Part shown: piece by piece, positions 48,200 through 58,096 of the stretch | How positions within the stretch are numbered: position 1 is the stretch's first letter | How the letters are laid out: each line of letters opens with the position of its first letter | Assembly: GCF_000400465.1 (NCBI RefSeq) | Contig: NW_008806285.1 | Location: 82,001-144,000, forward strand | Reading direction: 5' to 3' | DNA length: 62,000 nucleotides | Origin: Wallemia ichthyophaga EXF-994 | Lineage: Eukaryota; Fungi; Basidiomycota | Position numbers and translations under genes: made by a program | Notes under the pieces: generated by a model | What the model was told of the DNA's origin: nothing | The model's input: the letters and a program-made list of their open reading frames with translations, nothing else | The model's database searches: none

Positions 48200-49750
48200 C
48201 GCTTAATTATAATGGCTTATGGCTTGTTTGCCACTGTAGGAGCTACGCTGGCCTTTTTTTTCTTCTGGCGACTTTTCAGCAAGTTCCGCCGGCTCGCTGA
48301 GAAATGACAATACAGTTTCTTGAGAAGGTACAGCAGGCAGACTCGTGGCTCCTTTGACATATACAGTACCTATATCAGCAAAGTCGCTTTCGAATAGATC
48401 GTCTCAGATGAAAGGCCTCTATATTGATTCAGGTAGCTCCTTTTGGTTGAGATTCTCGAGTTTGAGCAACTTCCTCATGCTGTGGAGTTTGCTTGACTCG
48501 AAATAGCTGTTTCGATATGCGGATGTTGGATTCCATGGCGGAGACTGTCGCATTTGAGAATTCTCTCTTGCTTAAATTGGCTCCTATTTTGCAGTGTCTA
48601 TGTCGATATATGAACAGTTAAGTCATCCATACTAGAAGCCAATGGCACAGCACTTCTATTCATCAATGAGGGTGATAGTTTGCTGTAGTATTCTTCGCAT
48701 TGCTAAATGAAGACCGTCTTTCACTGACCTCGCTAGATTTATCTCGACATAAGGAGACTGTCTCAGTTTTATTTATACCATTCCTTTGTAGCAATGAACC
48801 TGTATGTTCATTTTGCCTATGCGTCGCTGCTGTTGATACGATAAGATCCCAGAAAACGTAACAACTTTACTACTAGAGTGATCATCTGGCCCAACAGGAG
48901 TGGATTGGTTCATAAATTCACTGATAGATGCGAAAGTTCGATTGACATTTGGTGGAGTAGAGGGCAATCCACTTTCTTATTACCTATCAGAAAACCTTCT
49001 TGAGGCACGTTTCACGGTTGTTGGTGCTTCATCGCTTTTAGAATTGCTGGCTTGGCTTGTCTCAGGTCTCTTTGATGGTGGCGAATATTTAGTTTTCGTG
49101 TATCAAAGTGAGTCGGCAGGATATTTTGCGTTTTATAAATTGCTCATGTCGCTTTTGTCGGCTATCTACGTTAGTGATCTAGTATGTCTTGAAGGCGATC
49201 GTTCAGCTCCTTTCTTTTTACGAGTCAATTGAATTCCTACAATTTTCGGTCAACTTTATTTCTTCTCTAGGTATCGATGTTTCAGCTTCGTTGTTATTAG
49301 AGTTGACTGATTTATTTTGGATTGCGCGATGGGCCGATGGTCCTATTTCGATGTTTGAGATGTTGCTATTTCTTACACAGCTCGACGGTGGAGTTATTTA
49401 GCCCCTGCGCTGTGGTGTATCATTTCTGTTCTTCGACGATGAACATTCGTCGTTCCTTGTCAATGATGTGTCGCATTTTCGTCAGTCGTTGAGAGGCTAT
49501 ACCGAAATGTAAACTCGTTTGTATTGATAGCTATATTCTGGATAGACGAAATCACGCCACTGACATCCGAAAAAGCGACATCTTGCTCGTCCTTGTCAAG
49601 CGTAAGATTTTCGACCTTAATTGTCTGTGGTTGAAACATGATTTTCGTCCTCGACGGGTGAGTGATTATTAATTTTGTTCTGGGCGCTATCAACATTGAG
49701 ATTGATCAGCTAAATGCACTATCAGGCGCCCTTTCATCTTTCCCAGGACT
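48200..49750 (-). pseudogene. Probable decayed gene for an S/N/K/T-rich protein
   Basis: Coding-like stretches in shifting frames interrupted by stops (e.g. RRFSDR**ESGLPSTPP at 48977-48982) and apparent 1-nt frameshifts (STTDN/KVENL near 49619); no minus-strand ORF over 78 aa. Confidence 0.5.
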
Positions 49751-49932
49751 AGCCTAGCGTTTTAATTCCGTGGAGAAAGCGAGCAATCCTTGATAAAAAG
49801 TACAATGTGAATCTCACGGGAATAATTACAAGATAGAGTTTGTTTAGCTTATTATTTGATTTAATGCTTGCCTTGTTTGTGTTTTCACCTTTTTTTGTTT
49901 CATTTCTAATTGAAGAGGTGACACGACAAGCC

Positions 49933-50897
49933 TTATGGCTTGCGGTAATCAAGAAGTGTAGCATAGATATTGTTGAATGCTGTGTAGATCTCTTCACGAA
50001 CCTTCATGACTTATTAGTATGAGAGCGATGCAAAGATTAGTACACTCACTTTTGCACCTGTTAGGACAATCTTTCCTGAAACGAAAATCAAGAGGACTAC
50101 TTTTGGTTTGACCATTCTGTAGATTAGACCAGGGAACAATTCAGGCTCGTATGAACTGAAATGACCGTGTGTATATGCAAGTCCTTCCAAACGAATTGGG
50201 AACTTGACATCACAAGAACCGACTATGTTCTTTAATTCATTTAGTATAATACTTCCAAATGACCCAATAAACTCACCTGAATCTTAAACTCAGAAAACTT
50301 TGCATCAAATCCGAGCTTCTGGATGATACGAGCGTACTTTCTTGACGCAAGCTTGGAATCGTCTTCGGACTTTGCACCGGTAACTACCATTTTACCAGAT
50401 GCGAAAATCAGCGCTGTTGTCTTTGGATCTCTTATTCTCATTATGACAGCAGCGAAACGCTACACAAAGTGTCAATTATTGTGTCAATGGTAACGTAATC
50501 ACCATCAACGGACCTTTGGATTGTACTCTGCGTTACGAGCATGCAGAGCGATAGTCTTCAAATCGAGCCTACAATCCAAGTTGACGGTTGCAACAATGTT
50601 CCTACCAAGTGTTAACTTTGATACAGTAAAAAGTAAACCGCACTCACTGAAGCGTAGGGACAATGTTCTGAGCGTGTGCTGCGAGGAGCGTTAAACAGTG
50701 GCCGCTGTGCACTAAGCAGCCGACGCACTCATACCAGTGTCAGCATGGCTAGGTGTTTGTACTGCTTGTGGTGTTGGTGGAACACCGTATGCTTGAGGAG
50801 TTATCGCTGGCTGTGGACGTTGAACTGGAGCTGATGGTGGCGGCATCGAGTCAGAGGCCTTTGAGGCTTGGTCTGGCAATTTCAATGTAGTGTTCAT
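49933..50897 (-). CDS. SPT15: TATA-binding protein (about five introns)
   Basis: NIVPTLQ|[29 protein letters not shown]|[15 protein letters not shown]...[12 protein letters not shown]...[13 protein letters not shown]...AFNNIY. Confidence 0.97.
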
Positions 50898-51540
50898 ATT
50901 GTAATTCGAAATTAGCTTTGAGTTCCTTTATACCAACAGCAGCAGCGTCCTCTAACACTTGCTCACCAGATGGACGTAAGGAATCAAAAAGCTGTGCCAG
51001 CACATTGCTTATATACCAAATTTGAAAATCTCCATAAGAGGCCCGGAGTACTAATCAATTAGGCCTGCATATTTCTAGGCACTGTTCGTAGCTCACATAT
51101 GGACTTTCAGAGCTCTAGCTTTCTTATCCGGCGTGCTGGAGGTGGTGTGCTGATGGTTGAAGAGAGCCATACAGTCGAAGAATGAGCAAACCAGTCCAAT
51201 AAGATGCGGTGAGCCTTATACAAGGTCACTGGTAATCCTGTGGCAAATTCATCACTATTCGGACGAGTCATCAACGTTGCTTGACCAGGTTGGAGCGGGA
51301 GGATTCTGAAATTGCTTTAGGTCTATTGCATCCTATTATTATCTCTTGCTGTGCTCACTTCCACAACTCTCTTCAATTGGCATACTCGCCATTACAGATG
51401 CTTCAACCCACTCTCTTTTAGAAGATATCGCTTTTAAAGGGCACTATATCTTTAAACAAACCAAGAAGCTAATATTACATCTGAAATGGTTATACAAAAT
51501 GTTGTGTCAATGCAAGGTTATGTTGCGAAATCGCATGCGT

Positions 51541-53102
51541 CTAGCGTATAAGTTTGGTGAGGTTGAAAGCTGAGTCCCGTTTGAGTTTCTTGCTCCTGTC
51601 AGCCTGCTGTTCTGGGAACAGCTTCCATATCCTTATAGTCTCGTCAGCACTGCCAGTGGCGACAGTAGTCCTATCAGCCGAAACACCCATGTGGATAGGC
51701 CGGCAGATATGTCCGCCAATAGCAGTCACTTGAGACATGGACGGGTATTTCCATATGCATAGCTGATTCATTGGTGCAATCGAGCTGTATCCAGACGTCG
51801 ACAAGAGTTCTTGGGTGTTCTGCGAAAACCATAGGTTGCAGACTTGGCTGCCGGTATCCCAGTCTCCCACTGGTTTCCTATCGCTTTTTAAGATATCCCT
51901 AAACACGATTCGGCGGTCGTTTGTACCTCCTCCTGAAGCCAGAATGCCGCGGTGGTGGGGATTGAATGCTAGCGCGGTGACTGCAGCTTCGTGGTCATAG
52001 TAGCGATTCAAAAACCTGTCCTGGCTCCGCGTATCCCACAAGTACAGCTTGTTGTCGTTCCCACCACTAGCGAGCATATTGGTAGCAGGGTCGTATGTCA
52101 AGCTCGTTATTTCTCCATTGTGTCGCTTGATGCAGGATTGGGTGGGTGTGCGCAGATCTCTGACCAACATTGATCGATCGCGCGAGCCAGATGCAAGAGT
52201 CATATGTGAAGCCCATGCCAGAGTTCCCACCCGCATGTCGTGGCCTCGTAACGTGCGCACCAGCCTGGTTGTCGTTGATGCATCCCATATCTGTACAAGG
52301 CCATCGTAACGCCCTACAGCGAGCAGTGTACCGCCCTCGATCCATTGAAGACTCGTGACAACTACATCATGGGTGTAGCTTGATGGGTCGCTCAAAGTGA
52401 AAACCTGGCTGCTGTGTGCAATCCATATAAATACGCGCGCTCCTAGTGCCACAGCGAGCATATTATGTGAGGACCAGCTCAGCAGATTCGTGTATTGGTC
52501 ATCGACCATGCCTGGGGCGTCGAGTACTTTCCAAGGCACTTTAGGAATTCTACGAGAGAGGCTTCTGTTGCGCTTCAAAATCCTTTCTGTGTTGCCTTTG
52601 ATGGGTAGTTGATTGTAGCAGTCGTGAGCCACGCTGTCGAGGGTAACTATGTTTGAAGGTCTACTGGAGTTCAACGCAGCTACAGCGGACGAGCTGGATG
52701 GCATAAACTGGAGCACTTTTGACCGTGGAGTCATTAATATAGGGGAATCATGAGAACCTGTCAGGGAGGATCTCCTTGTGGATGGTATCGTGTTTTCGTC
52801 ATTGAGCAGCTCGTTGCTAAGTAGGCTGGAAAAGCTTTTGTCGGCCTCCACCTTTGCGGCATCGATGTCGCCACCAGCAAATCCAATCAATTTAGGCTGC
52901 GGAGACGGATATTGCAGCAGAGAAGACGAAAAGGGTTTGAGCAAGGAATTGTAAGATGATTTTGAGTTGCTGTCATCAAGGTTATATGACATCTTACTCA
53001 GTGGGGACCTCGAGGGTATGAATCTAGTGGAAATTAGCGTGGTGATGGCTGTAATAGCGAAGCTCACCGATCTGATTTCCTAGATCTTTTAGGCGTCGTC
53101 AT
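51541..53102 (-). CDS. Fizzy-related/Cdh1-type APC/C activator (WD40), divergent; intron 53024-53067
   Basis: MTTPKRSRKSDR|FIPSR C-box, RRIPKVPWKVLDAP, LASGGNDNKL, ASGGGT, DTGSQVCNL, WKYPSM, terminal IR tail. Confidence 0.88.
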
Positions 53103-53532
53103 TGGGTGTTGTAATGTCTTGATGCTGAGGTACGGATCGAAGGAATGGAGCGAATGATCCACAGCAGGTTATTCGCGGAAAGTGGGGAATGAAGGGCATT
53201 CTTAGTGAGCGGCATTTATAAATCATGTGCTTATAAGAAACCTTTTCCGGATCACACAAAGTTGTTCCACGGAGCGGATGTAATCATAAACATTGTATGT
53301 CTGTCCCTGTTACACGAGCGGGAAAGAAGACCCTATTGCACAAATTGTGCTATAAAGTCAATATAAAATCAATTTTGTAAGTTTTTTAAGCTCCAAATTA
53401 CGTTCAGATCTGGAAATCTATCGCTCGTCGTCGAAGGTATTGCATCATAGTGGTTTTGGAGTACCCAGAGAAGGTTTTTTTAAGACGAGGAACGACACCC
53501 TCCTTCTTTACAAACTACCAAGACTAAACAAT

Positions 53533-53915
53533 ATGACTGGAGGTATGAGCAAAGTAAGCATGAGCATCACCAGCTTTGTTCGTCGCCTAACATATTCGTT
53601 TAGGTAGACCAACAATGGGGCAAGACCGACAACCAATTGCCAGACCACTCCCACAGACAACCAGGTGCTCCATACGAGACCGGTCAAACCCACTCCCACA
53701 AGACTGGTGACTCCCACGACCAACAATCTATTGCCAACAAGCTCGCCGGTACTTCCCACTTAGAGAAGGAAGAGCGCAAGGCTGAGAAGGAGGGCGGTAA
53801 GCCACCAACCGCTCCAGCCGTTTGGCACGGCAACGAGCCATCAAAGGGTGCTAAGGTCGACGAGGACCTCGGCAAGGAAGACGAGAAGGTCTTGCACAAG
53901 AAGGGTCTTGCCTAA
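53533..53915 (+). CDS. Small hydrophilic uncharacterised fungal protein (intron 53554-53603)
   Basis: Spliced MTGGMSK|VDQQWGKTDNQLPD...SIANKLA...PTAPAVWHGNEPSKGAKVDEDL; the HGNEPSKGAKxD motif resembles conserved fungal hypothetical proteins (from memory, unverified). Confidence 0.8.
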
Positions 53916-53949
53916 ACGACTTCACGATGTTAATGTTTGCATGTATACG

Positions 53950-55450
53950 ATAATTTGCTAAATTTGATTGCATAGTTGATTTAATCTGGAGTTCTGTGTA
54001 CTGAGTGAGCGCTATGATTGCACTATGGATAAATCGTTTGGACAGATTATAGAATTCTCCTGATTTTCATAAACTCGTAAAGGTCTACCACCTCAAGACC
54101 AGGGACGTAGGTCACAACACTGTGATGAGGTCAAACTTGAGCGATGGTGATATTTCTGTAAAGCAACTGGTTTACGAAAAAGTCTTTGGTTTGTTTGCAA
54201 TTATCAGTCTTTAGTTGCGCTGTACAGTTGTTCAACTTGATTTGATATGTTGCAAGGGGAGCAATTTAGCGTCTTGAAAATCGAAGTTTTTACCGTACTT
54301 CCTTCTAAGATTCCAACGCCGCCTCAAACGCTTTCACATCCTCATTATTTGAAATCTCGAAATCCACTGACCGGAAGCCAACCCCGCGATTTGTGTTTTA
54401 ACGCCCTCCGCTTTTCTATACCTAAATCTCTTCCTCCGATTGTAAAGTGAGGCGGAACGGCAATAATGTTCCCCTGGAGCCAGGTTTGACAGCTGTAAAC
54501 GCCATGAGACGTAAAATGTTTTCTGCGATTATAGAGCTGAATAATGAAGATTTTTGGTGCTTGTCGTTTCTAGAAGACAAAATAAAATGTTTTTGTCCAC
54601 GAAGAGCGCGAAATTATCCGTATCTAACCTGTAGCGTGCTCCAGAGCGATTTTAGACCATTGCTTCCGATCAGCGTGCAAGGCGCTTTTTGGAGCGCCAG
54701 GATAACTATAGCAAAATCATGTTCTTTCTAGTCAAAGACTAATCAAACTATTTTATTTAGAGATCATCAAAAGTCGTAAATCACCATCTGAGACGAGATA
54801 GGTGATGATCGAGAAATCCAACTCGGTGGGTATTGAGCGTGGGGTTGATATGGGGATGTATTTGGAATGCTGCAAATGGTATGGAACTGATGTATTTGGC
54901 AAATGGTTCAAAAGCACAGAATATCTTATCTCTGCATTCGACTTCTCACTTTCTAGGTCATTTGCAGGGTAGCTTGAGCATATTCAATTCAATAAACTGA
55001 ATTCTACTATTTTAAGCATATGAAAGTACTAAAGGAACTATTCAAAGCGCCCTGTGATTCCACAAACACAACTGGAAGTTATCTGATATAAATCCGAGTC
55101 ACTGTATTCATCTAATGTGCAAAAGAATATCGAATTGGGTGATTTCGGGATTCAGCGAGGATTACATGTGTATCAAATCTACATGCTGACCACCTTTGTT
55201 TATCATGCGCGGCTGAGCGGAAGAGAGAAGACTAGTGCTTAAAAGACACCGGTGTATCTGGCAACTTGCAGTACGAAACCAAAGTAATTTCCATGGTTTC
55301 GGCTGAGATTCTCGTGGTATTGATGTCTTTGAGGCTGCAATGTGCGCTAGTTTTAGTGATAGTATCTACGCTCGGGAGTATTGACGATATCGGGGTAGAG
55401 ATGATAACAGGACAGGGTCAAGAGCTCAATTACCCATAAGCATTTTAAAT
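53950..55450 (-). pseudogene. Possible decayed gene(s): ORF-less 1.5-kb gap with coding-like fragments
   Basis: Fragments such as ISNNEDVKAFEAALES*, KYGKNFDFQDAKLLPLQHIK, VVTYVPGLEVVDLYEFMKI and a roughly 70-codon ATG-less frame near 54770-54980; no clear splice signals. Confidence 0.3.
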
Positions 55451-55527
55451 TCATGTTAAATCACAACTCGAATACTTTGAAAAACTGTTATCGCTTCGTA
55501 GATCAAAACATCCATCTCCATATACCA

Positions 55528-57923
55528 AGTAGGTCTGAGAAGACCAGCAGAAACAACCTTTAACGTATATTAGTGGATGACGGATTACTCCTCAACTTTA
55601 CCAGCGGCGGTTCTCGTCAAGATCGTAGCAAAAAAGGTGGTAGATGGACAGATAGGTGAGCCTCATCTGCAATGCTTGGACACAGGCGCTTAACTTAAAC
55701 CGCAGAGCATCGGCTAAGCAGACAATGAAGCGCAATCAGCGCTACAGTGCAAAGCAGCAGAAAGCTAGCCAGCCAACCCAACCACAGCAACAGCTAGAAC
55801 CACAGGCAGCCCAGTCTGATCCACCGGCTAAAAAGCAGAAAGGCATTAACAATGATGCCCACGGTGAACAATCCAATCAACCAAGCCAAAACAACCAAAA
55901 GAAGCACGTTGTTTCATCTCTTTTCACTTTCAATCCAAAGGTAGAGGAAGAGCAGCAACAAATAAACTCAAAATCACTTGAACACCCCCAGCAGCAGCCT
56001 TCCAATGCGCCACTTGCATCGACGAGTACTTTTGAAGGTGCCAAACTGCACCCGCTTCTCATTCAACATCTTCGCGATAAACTCGAGATCAAAGCACCCA
56101 CTCCAATACAGAAACTGGCATTGCCGACACTTCTGCAACCTTCTGTTGATGAGAACAATGTACTGGCATCCAGAGATGTCTTTATACAATCTCAAACTGG
56201 ATCTGGTAAAACGCTCGCTTATCTGTTACCAATCATACAAGATTTGCTGCCAATGGGTGAGCTATCATTCATTGATAGAAGCATCGGTACACTGGCTATC
56301 ATATTGGCACCTACTCGTGAACTGGCTAGACAAATCTTCGATGTTCTTGAAAATCTCCTTCAATTGAGTTTGACATTAAGAGGTGTCCCAGAAGAAGAGC
56401 AGCAGAGATTGACTAGGTGGCTTGTAGGTGGTCTGCTGACTGGTGGTTCTACTCGTACGCACGAAAAAGCTAGACTGAGGAAGGGATGCCCTATTATTGT
56501 CTCTACGCCGGGTAGGCTTCTCGACCACTTGCAGAACACAACCTCATTCAACGCATCCAAATGTCGTTGGTTGGTTCTTGATGAAGCTGATAGATTGATG
56601 GATCTGGGCTTCGAGGAAACCATTACTGGTATTATTAAGGGACTCGAGGGTCGTCGCAAGCTTACAAAGAAAGCCGTCGAGGAAGGCAATCTCTCTGAGG
56701 TTGGTGGTTGGAATTTTGATTACAGACGGCGAAACATACTCTGTTCAGCGACGATCAGAGAGGATATACAATCATTTGCTAGTCAACAGCTGCTCAATCC
56801 AGTAGTGCTTAAGGAGAGCGACATCAAGAAGGAAGCTGACGGTGAAACAGCCACGACGAATGATGAGGCAACCAAGTTCACTCCACCAGCGCAATTAACT
56901 CAAAAGTACGTGCAAGTACCACTCAAACTCCGTTTAGTTGCTTTGCTGGCGTTGTTGCGATCACTTCTTACGTCGAAAGACAACGAGCAAGGTAACAGGA
57001 TCATAACGTTCTTCAGTTGTACAGACTCAGTCGACCTCCACTTCCAGTTGTTCGGTGGGGTATCTATGGACGATGCGGGTAGGAGAAATGTAGATGATAG
57101 ATTGAGCGTGACGTGTCCAATCCTGCCAAACACAAAAATTTACAGACTCCATGGTTCGATGTCATTGCAGAATCGTTTGAACACAGTCAAGGAATTCACC
57201 GACAAGAAATCCCAGCAACCAGCTATCATGTTCTGTACATCGGTCGCATCTAGAGGTTTGGATATGCCCTTAGTCCGAGCAGTTGTGCAGGTAGATCTTC
57301 CAACGGAGGGCGGAGCAAACGAGTACGTCCACAGAGTCGGTAGAACAGCCAGAGCAGGTAAAGGTGGTGAGGCGTGGTCATTTGTAGCTCCATCGGAGAT
57401 AGGTTGGGTAGAGTGGTTGACAAACCAATTGGACCCTGACCACAAGTCCATCAAACTGAACAGCGTATCTGTTGATAATGTACTCAAGCGTGGTTACGGT
57501 GGACAAGGAAATGAGTTTGAAAGTAGAGCTACAGATGTACAGACGTCTCTTGAAAGATGGGTGATTGCGTCACCAGAGAACTCTCAACTGGCTAGAAAAG
57601 CTTATCTGTCACATATAAGAGCATATGCTACACATCCACTCGATGAGCGCAAGTTCTTCCATGTCAAGCTTCTTCATCTTGGTCACTTAGCTAAGGCTTT
57701 CGCTTTGCGTGAAACACCAACGACTGCGAGCACAACTAAAGGTGATGTGGCTCAGACCAAGGACAACCAGAAACAACAGACCATCGAACAGAGAATGCAA
57801 GATTCTGTTAGGAGGATTGGTAAAAACACAAAGCGAGATGGCGAATTCGCAAACAATGACACGAGTGAATTCCAAACTTCGATATCAGGATATGACATGA
57901 AGCCAAGCAAAAGGAAGCGTTAA
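55528..57923 (+). CDS. DBP7: DEAD-box RNA helicase Dbp7 (60S biogenesis); ATG split by intron 55529-55573, second intron 55656-55705
   Basis: MDDGLLLNF...GGRWTDR N-terminus, SQTGSGKT, PTRELA, TPGRLLDHL, DEAD, CSAT, HRVGRTARAG, YLSHIRAYATH, LHLGHLAKAF. Confidence 0.93.
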
Positions 57924-58096
57924 TTGTAATTGATTAATTTATTATTCATATAGAAATACTCATCTAAAAAAAAAAAGAAAGTAAATGTTGAATTACAATG
58001 CTGCGAAATGATATATTTATTATGCAATGCTAAGTTGGTGCTGAATATTTGGAGTGATGTTTTCGGCTTTTGTAGCGTTTACGTGGTGTACATGGT

